The translations under genes and the position numbers were made by a program. Under the pieces are notes generated by a model that saw nothing but the letters and a program-made list of their open reading frames with translations, did not search any database and was not told where the DNA came from. A DNA stretch of 63,925 nt, filler included, from Lenisia limosa (Eukaryota > Protista > Breviatea): NCBI GenBank assembly GCA_001655205.1. It is 16 parts of 16 records of this genome, joined end to end, with 100 filler letters (N's around TTAATTAATTAA, not from the genome) between each part and the next. Parts side by side here need not be neighbours in the genome. Positions count along the whole stretch, not along the records: positions 1 to 8,836 come from LPNZ01009893.1; positions 8,937 to 13,960 come from LPNZ01004731.1; 14 more parts are not named here. One strand, 5' to 3'. This document shows positions 1 through 11,607 of this stretch, piece after piece (within the stretch, counting starts at the first letter, position 1; each line of letters begins with the position of its first letter).

Positions 1-95
1 TCGGAACGGCTAGGGGGGGGGGTGAGATGGGAAGGTATGAGAGCAACTTGACTCTCTTCTTAAAAACAAAAAATAAACACAAGGCAAAATATATA

Positions 96-1530
96 TTATA
101 CTGCATTAAAGACCAAGGTTTGTGCCGAATGGAAGGAGACTCCCCGTTTGCCTACCTCCCAGGTGGTATTGGACGTCACGCCGATGGTGTCCTTGAGGTT
201 CGTAATGTGTGAATGCAGTTCTTCGCGTTCGTCAGCGTTGAGCTTGCTCACAAAGACCTTCATCGCTACGGTTGTAAGAAAAAAACGATTATTCAAAAAT
301 AATAATTTTCGATAAAAAGAATCAATGTTGTGAGATGCCCTACCGTCCAAGAAGGAGAGACGAGCAGGGACTGACATGGTGTCCTCTTCGGGCCTGTCAA
401 TCGCGTAGCTCACCGCTGAATCGTAAAGACATTGTAGGTCGATAAAGAGCCAATAATAACGTCCATGTTGAGCAAGGGAAAATAGAAGGCAACATTTCTC
501 ACCGTCCTCAATGATTTCCTTGATAGTGCTTCGGTGAACGTCACTGATGTGGCCAACGCCGAAGCTTGAAGCAAAGTGACGCCTAGAGGTCGTCAGGGTG
601 GGGTGGTGAGGCAAAAACAAAACAATATCAGCAAGAAAGGTGGGGAGAGGGGACGGTAACGTAGCAAGAGCAACATCAACTCCCTCTCATATTAAACTAC
701 CCGCGTACGCAACATCGAGCAGCTCCTTGAACTGGCGCTGTTTGTCCTCATCAGCGTCCATTGCTTCTTCGTAGAGGTCCTTCATTGCCTNNNNNNNNNN
801 NNNNNNNNNNNNNNNNNNNNNNNNNNNNNNNNNNNNNNNNNNNNNNNNNNNNNNNNNNNNNNNNNNNNNNNNNNNNNNNNNNNNNNNNNNNNNNNNNCTC
901 TCAAACAAACAGAATAGCCCCCTCGCCCCAATTTCATTTAATGGAGTTGAAGTGTGCTAAGTCCACACAGTACCCCACACCACAGCAGACCTCGCAGAGG
1001 AAAAGACCCTCTTGGTTGTGCGTCGACGTTCTGAGTTCACTGATGAGTCGCTTGCACGCGTCTGAGCTGGCCTTACTGTAGAAAAGGTAGCGGGAAAGTA
1101 CCTGGGAGGAGGTGAAACAGAACATAGATGTATAGTTTATGGCAAAGGCCTGCGCTGACCTTGGGAGCATAGGTTTCCTCGAGAAGACGGAAGGAGCAGG
1201 CCTTGGCCATGACACCAAGGGACTAGAGGGTCAAGAGGCGAGAAATTCATCCTCACTATTTCATTAATCCGATATAGTATATCTTTTTTTAGAACCCCTT
1301 ACATATAAACACTAGAGGAGGTCGGGGAGTATGAGAAATCACATTTTATGCCATACCTTCATTAGAAGGAACGTGAGTATCAGCCAAATGACCCAAAGAT
1401 TAGACAGGAAGAATAGGCCAACCTTGACAAGATCCTCAGAATTCGGTTCCTCGTTGTTGTTGTTGGATTCCGTCATCGACTGCAAAAGAGTAAGGCGATT
1501 AGCTCGGAGTGCGTGTAATATGCCCAAGTT
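96..1530 (-). CDS. Multi-exon gene fragment, unknown product (may continue the gene at 3673-8830)
   Basis: GC-richer coding-like blocks on the minus strand (e.g. AMKDLYEEAMDADEDKQRQFKELLDVAY, VFVSKLNADEREELHSHITNLKDTIG) separated by AT-rich stretches. No family recognised. Confidence 0.45.
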
Positions 1531-2992
1531 CCATGTTCTATGCTCTCCTTTCCTCTCATTATTCTAATTGATCTTTCACTAAATAACCCAAAATATTCAG
1601 CGTAGCATGGCAATAATACCCCCCCCCCCACCTCATCCAGCTATGCAGTGTAAGCGTCATACCAAGAGGCCTGTACATTGGCCAGTTGACCCCAGTTCAG
1701 AATNNNNNNNNNNNNNNNNNNNNNNNNNNNNNNNNNNNNNNNNNNNNNNNNNNNNNNNNNNNNNNNNNACAAACAAAAAACAAGCAATAACAAACACAAA
1801 CAACCAACGCTAAAACTAGACAAAAGCCAGATGGGCAAACACAAAGCACAAAACAAAACAAACACACATACAGCAAACATTAAAATTAAAACAACAGCGC
1901 AAAAAAACAAAACAAAGGGGCACAAGTCAAAGGTTACTTTTAAAAAATATTAAGCTGAGGGNNNNNNNNNNGCAGACCAGACTGCAGAAAAGAATCTTTA
2001 CAGGTACGAACAATATGGTATCAAGCAAACTGTAACTATTCTAAACCATACTGGTGCTTGTTATGGTACAAAAAAGGGTTGATTGGACAAACACAAAGCA
2101 CAAAACAAAACAAAACAAGCACACATACAGCAAACATTGAAATCGAAACAACAACACAAAAAACAAAACAAAGGGGCACAAGTCAAAGGTTACTTTTAAA
2201 AAATATTAAGCTGAGGGGAATAATAGCCCTAGGGCTTTGAAAAAGCTCCCCTAGTTAATCTGTGAACCTAGACATTGTGACAGACTTGGCGCAAAAGGCG
2301 GCCGCGTCTGGGGTTAACGAAGGGAAATCTGCAGACAGAAATGAAAGTTTTAGCAATCGCAAGGACACGCTGACGCCTGTGTCCATTAGCAATTAACTTT
2401 TTTGAAGAGTAATACAGCATTATCCCTGAAGGCGGTAATTGACGAGCCTAGCATATCGAGTCAGTTGGCCAATAATAATTCCTTTCAAGATGTGTTTAGG
2501 TATNNNNNNNNNNAAAGTAAACAAAATAAACCACCCCAGAATCAAATCTGTTGGCTCAACACCTAAGAATTGACACCCCCTGCTCTCCAATTTAGAAGAT
2601 ATCATATCATTATCATACCTTGGGCACCCCCAATGAACAATAAGGTGTTCAACATGCCGCAATAAACCAATTCTTTGAAGAAACATTGACCTCTATCTCT
2701 TTCTCTCTTTCTCTCTTTCTCTCTTTCTCTCTTCAGGTCTACCCCCTTTCCAATCACCACCCAAAACTACAAATATCCCTCCTCTCCCAAACCAATTCTT
2801 GGTGGAATCAATACCCCCTCTCTCTCTTTCTCTTTCTCTCCCTCTCTTCAGATCAACCAATACCCACCCCAACCCAATTCTTTGTAGAAACGTGGCCCCA
2901 GGACGGAGGCCCCCAAGTTGGTGCTTTGCCATTCTTCTGACGTAGTTAGGAAAATGTGAGTCTCAGGCAGGTAAGAAGGGGTGGGTGCTAAC

Positions 2993-3091
2993 TCAGGCTT
3001 CCATATGGTCCGAAAAAGACCGTTTAAATATCGATATTCATTGAGGATTTATCGAGAGATTCGGTCTTTTTTGGGACTGTAGGAACCCCTA
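2993..3091. mobile_element. hAT-type MITE copy (TAGGGCTTC family)
   Basis: Imperfect TIRs; 8-bp flanks GTGCTAAC (2985-2992) and GTGGTAAC (3092-3099). Confidence 0.75.
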
Positions 3092-3672
3092 GTGGTAACA
3101 ATTTTGCCATAAGGGGGTGACGGGAATATTGTGGGGGAGGGGGGAGGTTGACAACTGGAAAATTTATGAAACAAAAGCCAAAACAACTCTGTTGGCTGAC
3201 ATAACAACAAAACAATCGAAGCCCAGGCCAGTCGCTTCTGCAGGATATGAGTTGGAAGAGGGAGAACCGAATGAGTCGATATCGAGATTTTATTAATGTG
3301 GCTACTTTTTTTGTGAAAATATAAAACAGAATTAAAAAAGATTCAAAAAAAAACGAAAGTAACACAATCGAACAAACAAAATATTGGGGCATACCTGGTA
3401 CATTATATGCGCAACCCCTTCTAAAAAGATGAGCCCGTTGGGGTCATTTAGCCAGGTCCCCTCCTGCGCCTTCAGATGCACACGGGGCTCTGCAATCGGT
3501 TAAAGAAGGGTTTCAAATGGGGAAAATAGACTCATATAACGTTAATAATCTGAATCACGGAGAATGGGTCTTCCTTGAGGGAGTATTAACGTAATAAAGT
3601 GACCGAGATAATAGGCCAAGACTTATCCCGGTCACTGTATATGAGTCAAGTTATTATACCACNNNNNNNNNN

Positions 3673-6600
3673 CTGCGTTTGTCATTCTTGAAAGGAACAA
3701 CTTTCTCCTTTGAATAGAGGTATGAATACCTCAGTAATTGCATAAATTGGAAAATTTATGGAACAAAAAAGTCCAAATCAACACTGTTGGCTGACAACAC
3801 ACAGGGGCCAGTCACTTCTGTAGCACCGCATCAGAGTATCCAAAGTCTCCTACCCGAAAACCCTGCTTACTCAGTTTGTCGGTGTGCGAGTTGTGTTCGC
3901 CAGCAGGGGTGAGGTGGGGGCTGAACAGAGAGAAAAGGTCCTAAGCAATCAGATAAAAGTTTCATTTGGAGCTTTACAGTCTCAACTCTGCCGTTCACCC
4001 TCAGTATTTCCTTCTTTAACCCCAATCTCAAGATCAGTTACAACTTTATATATATGCTCCCGGACCAAAACTGTGACGGTTTTGAATATTTTATGTTTTG
4101 CAATCTCATTTTCAAAAAATGTGTTCCAGCCTGTAAAAAAATCACCTTTTGTAAAGAAATATTGGAAAATTATAGAGTAATACTTGACAAACTGAGTAAA
4201 ACAATCGCCCATTAGAGTCAAAATGGTGTCACAGTTACTTCTTTTTGGCCTTTTCTTCATCTTCGCTATCACATGCGAATTGGGACGTACACTCCACCCT
4301 GATTTTGTTCTGCCTACTTCTGATCCATCTTTAGCTCACTTTTACTCGCAATAACCTCGAGATTACGTCATCTCTAGCCAGTTACCGAGCTGTCCTGGAC
4401 CGATTACTACTTGCTCACCACGGTCGAGCACAAAGAATTGCACAGTTTAAAAACCAAGTCACAAGCTGGACCAACAGATAAGCATGCTTAATTGAATCTT
4501 CAATCACTCCACAATGATTTCGTTAAGTGCTCACAAAGAGTGGAAGTTTTTCCAGTTGATTTTGGTTCCTCAAAAGGGTAACTGCAAATCCAGCAGATGC
4601 ACCTTCAAGATTAAGGCTTTCTTCAGTATCCAAGTTTTCAATTCTTGGATCCATTTTGATTGCAGCTCTAGCTTGAAGGCCAATTGCTTGATCGGGTGCC
4701 AAGTCTTCTCCTGATTCAAGTAACTGAACAGATTTCTGAATTCAACAGTATCCAATGGATGGTTTCTCCATGACTTTAGTGTCCCCGGAACTGAACGATA
4801 GAGGTTTGATCCTTGTTTCTGAGGGTGCATTTAAACTTGTATTGTTGAATAGCGCTTTGAGGTATGGATAAGTGACCTTGGGGTATTCTTCAGTTGATGG
4901 GCGATTAACCATTCCTTTATGATATTTTCAATTGTGATAAGGTTAGGATCGAAATTGATGAATAGCACAGTCCAATTGTGAAGAGGAAGTCCAAGTAAAA
5001 GGGACGCAACTTAATAGAAAAAGTTCAGTTCAGTTCATTTCAAAAAACCGTGATTTTTTTTTAAAAAAAACAATAATGATATGTCCTTTGGCTTTTTAAT
5101 TAAAATGTTGGAAGAAAATATCAAAATATGCATCAAGTTATGACTTAAAAACTAAGAAAACAGAGCGTATTTCAAAACCGTCACAGTTTTGGTCCGGGAG
5201 CATATAGAAGACACCCCCCCCCACAAAGGTGCAATGATACGCCGCGTCCCTTGCGATGGTCTCGGCACTCTGCAGGAGGGCATCAAGAAGTTCAATGACC
5301 TTGGCCTGGAAGTTCTGGAGTCGTTCGGCGTCCTGCATGGTTTTGGTACCATCTTGTACAATGTTGAAGAGTTCCCACCCTGTTGCGTGAAATACGATTG
5401 TTTGGTCAATTTGGCAGATGCAGATGGAAGAAGGGAGAAAACCTTGTTTATCATAATAATTTTATCTGGCGGAAGCTGTCCATTACGCTTATAGATTTTG
5501 TTTATTATAATATTAATCCACCCAATCATTTGCCTTACAACTCTATGCAAACAGCTTTCTGCGCTACCATATACAGAACAGCCCCCCCCCACCAGCAAGG
5601 GCTACACAGAGAGGCGCAAGGGCAGAAGCGTATGGCACTTCCTTCGAGGCATCGCCCTGCACTTCTGTGTCTCCTTCCTGTGGAGAGGGGGTAATTGGCA
5701 ATGAAAGAAATGAAATATCATTAAAAATATTCCTATAAAAAATCATAATAATTGAATACCCCCCCCCCCTCTCACGTCATTAAGGGTCTTCCTGGCTTCA
5801 GCGCCATCTTTTAACGCGCGGTCAATCACGTTCTGAGCAGCATTGAGGAACTGGGCGAGGGAGGCACCCGGGGCTGAGGGGGGTAAGTTATGAACCAACA
5901 ATGTTTGACAAAACAATCCAAACTGTAGTTCAATTCCGGGAAATGCTAAGATGAAGATAGGCGTAAAGATACTAATCATGAACCACGCTAAAAAAAATAG
6001 AAAGAACTAGCGAATAAAAAAAAAGGGGGTCAAGTAAGATAATGTGTTTTTATTGAATCCACTCTCAGCTTACACGCAAGGGATACGACGGCAAGGCCCT
6101 TAGCCACACCAAGGCTCACGACGCCATCTTCAGCGTCGGCTTGGGCTGCGTCACTCAGGGAGAAGTCTGCATCGGCCATGGCCTGGGGGGGGGGGNNNNN
6201 NNNNNNNNNNNNNNNNNNNNNNNNNNNNNNNNNNNNNNNNNNNNNNNNNNNNNNNNNNNNNNNNNNNNNNNNNNNNNNNNNNNNNNNNNNNNNNNNNNNN
6301 NNNNNNNNNNNNNNNNNNNNNNNNNNNNNNNNNNNNNNNNNNNNNNNNNNNNNNNNNNNNNNNNNNNNTGTTTTGAGCAAGGTGGTGGAGGGCTGCGAAG
6401 ATGGCGAGAAGCGCCTTGGCTGCAAGGGTGAGATTGAGAAGATGATATCGACAATAAGATGGGTAGAAAAGATACATGTATACCCACGGTCAGAGGCCTT
6501 GGTGAAGCTTCTGCGCAGTCCATCAATGATATTACCGAGGCTCTGGAACAGTAAGCAAATACGGGGATGAAAGGAGAGTTTATGAATGCCCATAAAAAGG

Positions 6601-8830
6601 CCTAACATTCTATCAGTGTTATACCCAGAAAAAGAGATTCATATTTCTCAGTAGGTGTAGCTGCCAATAAAGACCCCCCTCACGCTCTCATCAGAGGTAG
6701 CAAGACGGTTAACGTCAAGGCAAGTGGGGATGCTAGCGAGGGCCGTGAGCTATACAGTAAGACATTCGATTGCTGTATTCGAAGTGGTTTGCGTGAAAAG
6801 CTCAGCAACCACTCTCTTCTCATTTCTTGAGAAGCTCCCCCCCCCCCTACAAGCTTGGAGTTGGCACCGAACTGGTTGAGTAAGTCCGCGATGACAGGTC
6901 CGACAACATCAGTCATCGCCTCGGTAGCTGCAACGGCCTTGGCTCTTTGCTCCTGAAAGGGTAAGTAAGGGTGGTCATCCAATATATATAATATATATCA
7001 TATATCGTAGTACATATACAAGTTTTCCCATGGGGGGAGGGGGAGAATGAGAAATAATAATAATAATAATAAATCATAAAAACGAAACTCACAGTAAAAA
7101 TTGAAATACACTGAGGGATAGGGTCCACACGCTTTTGAAAAAAAATAATAACAGAGTTCCTCCTCTACCTTGGCGACACGCGGCTTGTTGATGAGTTCCT
7201 TACACCTCAACGCCATCGAACACAGCAGGGTGACAACAGACTCTTCCTGTGGCTCTTCCATACTGTCAGGGTTAGCCTTTTCTTCGAACTATGGATCCAA
7301 TACAAAGACTGTTTAATTCGTGAAGTCACAACAATCCCAACCCACCCAATGCCGTCACCGATGAGAATGTTCTTATACGCTTCCCAGTCCTGGATGTGTG
7401 AGTTCATGTTTCAAAATATATCATGCTATACTGTAGTATGATATATGAAGAGCTTCAAATTTAGTTTGGAAGTAGAACCAGACTTGGAAGAGTTACTATA
7501 CTCCCTACAGAGATGATTTCGAAGCGCTTGTGAAGGTATTTGACAAGAGAGGGGTAGACAGTTGCACTGATCTCCTCGTCAGCCAGGTCCGAAGACAATG
7601 CTACCAAGTTAATATATGTACAAATATGATTATATATGCATAATATATAATTATATGTACATAATCGATCATCTGTTTATAGCAATGAGAAATAAAAAAT
7701 AGGTTTGTATTTGGCCTTAGCCGTCCACACCNNNNNNNNNNNNNNNNNNNNNNNNNNNNNNNNNNNNNNNNNNNNNNNNNNNNNNNNNNNNNNNNNNNNN
7801 NNNNNNNNNNNNNNNNNNNNNNNNNNNNNNNNNNNNNNNNNNNNNNNACACAAGCTTGGGGATGTATCTGCTTGCCTCACAATAATAAATAGGCTTCGCG
7901 ACTATTATCTAGATAAATCCTACCAAGAAGATAGTCCTGGTTGGACTGGTTGGTGGTGTGAGTTCTCATGTCAATGAAGTCCGCAACAGCCGCCTGGACA
8001 ATTTCGCTATCGTCCTCGATCATCATGTATACCTTCGAAACAACTCCATTCTGGGGGGAGAGAGTAAATATGGGAATGTTTGTTTACGATGGGTTGGTGA
8101 ATATGGAGTCTTTTTTAAAGAGAGGTGGAAAGGGTAAATAACTCTCAGCTCAACTCTCCCGTGACACTAAACAACATTCTGTGTAAAAAGTAAAACTCAA
8201 ATATTGAGCCTTGAACATTTCAAAGTGCCCCCCCCCCCCCNNNNNNNNNNNNNNNNNNNNNNNNNNNNNNNNNNNNNNNNNNNNNNNNNNNNNNNNNNNN
8301 NNNNNNNNNNNNNNNNNNNNNNNNNNNNNNNNNNNNNNNGAGCACTGGACGGTTGATGGTTAGGCTAACAAAAGAAGAAGAGGCAATAAAAACGCGAAAC
8401 TGGAACATAGCTGTTCTCAAAAAATAAGAACTAAGGAAAAATAAGAACTAAGGCCCTTGTAACACAGTTTACACTTGAAAAACTGCCAGTTCGAGAGAGC
8501 ATAGATACCCCTCCCCCGTTGCTCACCTCCATGCTATCGTCAGCAAGGGCGATCTCAACAAGGCGCCTGGGATATAAGGGAAATATGAGCGGATAAAAGT
8601 GTTACAACTGACCGAAGCCGTCCAAAGGGAGGATTTTACTGAAAAAGGAATTTTACCCGAAAACTGTCCAGATTGGATTCAAGTCGTTGTTAGACCCCCC
8701 CTGAAGAACTATCCAATCCTCCTACTTAAGGAACCTATCAACAAAGAGGTTCAGCTGGGGTTTAAGGTCGGAAGACAGGACCTTTGAGATGGCGTTGATA
8801 GCGGCGTGGCGCACTGTGGAGTCCTGGGGG
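3673..8830 (-). CDS. Multi-exon gene encoding a probably alpha-helical protein of unknown function
   Basis: About 14 short GT-AG-bounded exons on the minus strand, e.g. 6851-6958 EQRAKAVAATEAMTDVVGPVIADLLNQFGANSKL, 5776-5870 PGASLAQFLNAAQNVIDRALKDGAEARKTLND, about 5240-5330 DAERLQNFQAKVIELLDALLQSAETIARDA, about 3816-3920 PHLTPAGEHNSHTDKLSKQGFRVGDFGYSDAVLQ. Confidence 0.6.
4051..5206. mobile_element. Intronic TIR element of about 1.15 kb, Tc1/mariner-like, no recognisable transposase
   Basis: Perfect 36-bp inverted repeats TATATGCTCCCGGACCAAAACTGTGACGGTTTTGAA at 4051-4086 and 5171-5206, with terminal TA dinucleotides. It lies inside one intron of the minus-strand gene. Confidence 0.85.
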
Positions 8831-8986
8831 GGGGGGNNNNNNNNNNNNNNNNNNNNNNNNNNNNNNNNNNNNNNNNNNNNTTAATTAATTAANNNNNNNN
8901 NNNNNNNNNNNNNNNNNNNNNNNNNNNNNNNNNNNNCCATCCAAAATACCCTCACATGATCCTCGGATGTAACGTTCACTGTTTAG

Positions 8987-10067
8987 GCATGGGCGAGTCG
9001 AACGGCCGAAGTGGAGGAAGCCAAGCAGGCCAAGACTGAACGCAGGGCCAACAACATCAAATTCTTCCGTGGTGCGAATCGCTCCAAGAACGCTGGTGGG
9101 AGGGGATGAAGAAGAGCTTTGTCAGGAGTTGTAAGGCAAATGATTGGGTGAATTGATATGATATTGTTATCTATTCCTGAAACGTGATGTTTTGGACGGC
9201 TTCGTCGCTAGTATGAAATTTGTCAGCAGAAGCAGATTATTTCCATGCTTACACTGCAGAAAAGCTTGAGAAGATTAAGAAGGATGCGTCAAAGGAGAAG
9301 AAGGAAAAGGCTAAGCAGATCCAAAAGCAGGTATGGAGTCATAACCAATCTGTTTTTTTTTTTGTTGTTGTTTTTTACTAGAAATCTTGAGGGGCTTTAT
9401 TCCTGGACCCCCCCCCCCCCNNNNNNNNNNNNNNNNNNNNNNNNNNNNNNNNNNNNNNNNNNNNNNNNNNNNNNNNNNNNNNNNNNNNNNNNNNNNNNNN
9501 NNNNNNNNNNNNNNNNNNNNNNNNNNNNNNNNNNNNNNNNNNNNNNNNNNNNNNNNNNNNNNNNNNNNNNNNNNNNNNNNNNNNNNNNNNTTGGGGTTTT
9601 TTTTTGTTTCATAAATTTCCAATTTTACTCCCCCTCCCCCCACCCAATTGTCCAATTTATTTCATCCCAAAGGTCCGTGAAAAGAGAAGACAAAAGGAAA
9701 TGGATGGCTCAACCAAAGCCAAGCCCTTCCATAAACGAGGAGGTTGGAGGCATACATATATTAATAGCGCGCAGTCAATGAAATTGAGTCTTTTTTTTGT
9801 TTCTCATTTTGTTACCACAATATTATCGATAGTGACAGATTTCTTCATAGTTCAACGTCACTGTGTCACCTTCATTAATTTGTTTCCCGTTAACCTTAAT
9901 GAAAAAACCCCGTGGATTTCTTTTATTTCCCAGGAGACAAGCCTAAAGAGACCAAGGGCAAGGGTCAGAGGGGCAACCTCAACAAGGGCCCGAAGGTCAA
10001 GGGCGGTTCTTCAAAGAAGGGTTTTGGCGGCCTTAAGCCCAAGGGCTTCAAGGGGGGCCGTAAGTAG
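8987..10067 (+). CDS. 3' part of a SURF6/Rrp14-like nucleolar protein (4 exons)
   Basis: Splices in frame to AWASRTAEVEEAKQAKTERRANNIKFFRG...EKLEKIKKDASKEKKEKAKQIQKQ|VREKRRQKEMD...|DKPKETKGKGQRG...GFKGGRK*. The W..R...V...K..KxxRR..N pattern resembles the SURF6 C-terminus. Confidence 0.55.
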
Positions 10068-10708
10068 GGTATGGTAGCGTCTAATTTCATGTTTCAAGTC
10101 TTTCTTTTTTGTGGTATTCATTTAATCACTTCTGTCATGCGGGTTGATTCTCTGTGAACACTCTGAACTAACTACGCGGCTTCGCCACCCCAGGCGTCGT
10201 ATGCTGGGCTGTGAGCCCCAGGTGGTTCAGAGTTGATGTGAATGTTTGAGAGGAGTTTATATATCATATATTCGAACTTAGAATACGTAAGTTTATCATG
10301 TGACAATTCTTCAGGTTTCAGGATGAAGGATAAAGGATGGAGGTCAATAATAGCTCTTTCGCTCTTTCCCCATGCCAGATTTATTTTGAACTTCTAACCT
10401 TTTGCCTTTTGGCACTTCATTCCAAAATCCAAGGTGCTGGGTTTTGCTAATGGGGGGCACAAAAAAAACAAAAGGGCAGAATAATGAATGAGTGTAAAGT
10501 TTATGAGAGTTTCCCCGAAAAGTTTCCCTCTTACCCCCCCACTTCCCGCCGCCTTCTTTTCAGCCTTCTTTCAAAAAACCCTCCCTTACCCTTGGAAAGA
10601 GAATTGAAACAGAAGCTAAGAGTAATAAAAGGCAACCAGCTACATACTACATACCAGAGCATCAAGCATCCTAAAGATTGAATTTATATTAATATCTTCC
10701 GGCCAGAA

Positions 10709-10890
10709 ATGGATGCTCTTGAAAGAAGAAGAAGAAGAGAGGAAGAGGAGGAAGAAGCCCAAAGAAGATCTCGTTCCTCGAATTCCAACTCTTTTTGTGC
10801 TGGATCCAATGACTGTGGAGGCTCGAATTGCGATGGGGATGGTGCAATAGCGGTCTTCTTAATTGCAGCCATTGCTATCTATGTGTACTT
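10709..10890 (+). CDS. First exon of a small predicted membrane protein
   Basis: ATG-initiated R/E-rich stretch, a Cys/Gly-rich linker and a hydrophobic segment AIAVFLIAAIAIYVYF followed by a GTGAGT donor. Confidence 0.4.
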
Positions 10891-11479
10891 CGTGAGTCTT
10901 AACACCAAGAAGGAGTTCAAATTTCGGATCTTGTTTGCACATTTGCCGTGCTTTTTCATCTTTATTGCGTTTTTGGTAGGCAATTTTTGGGGGTGTTGTG
11001 CGGTGACATCTTACAGCAAAGAATGAACTTCCTCCACATTACAACTTTTTATTGCAAATCTACTATATATTATTCAGTATTTCCATGAAGATTAGAAAAG
11101 TTACTTCCTCTATTATGCTATTTCAATCTTTTGAAACTCCCCCGATAGTGTGTCTCCAATTTGTATCTTTTTGAATAACAGTGTATTTTGCCTTCATTTT
11201 TCACGCCTGGGGTCTTATTTCTTGGGTTTTGATTCTCTTTCTCATGTTTGTAGTTCTTGACATTTGGGTCAATCACGTACATTCCATCATCTGACGTGGG
11301 GGGTAATATATCGAAGGTTGAACCACAGGTATTCATCTCGATATATCATATTGGCTCCAAAACACACATAACAAAGTATTTATGACAGCTAACAATCACT
11401 GACTGAAGCTTGGCCTTGAGCAGCATTGTGTTTGGGTCATTTTCACACGTGTAACTATCATTTTCCGCTCATGATACCT

Positions 11480-11607
11480 CATATCCACTCGTATGAATTG
11501 ACCGACAAGTCTCAGTGATACTCTGATATTTTCGGGATGAACCCACGTGTTATCTTCGTTCATGATTTCGACTTGAAAGTCGGTCATATGATCATATCAC
11601 TAGTGGA
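11480..11607. repeat. Dispersed hairpin repeat (ATATCCACT...AGTGGATAT family), copy 1
   Basis: Aligns with 18972-19102 and 34041-34179; imperfect terminal inverted repeats. Confidence 0.75.

Noticed and set aside
1826-2218. Near-identical ~135-bp duplication around a 10-N gap (also 40825-40954)
   Set aside because: Duplicated sequence on both sides of a small gap is typical of scaffolding overlap or haplotype artefacts.
8881-8892. Recurrent TTAATTAATTAA palindrome as a biological motif
   Set aside because: It is always centred in 44+44 N; it is an artificial six-frame-stop linker. Gene adjacency across linkers, such as the helicase scaffold next to the YqaJ scaffold, is therefore not evidence of a system.
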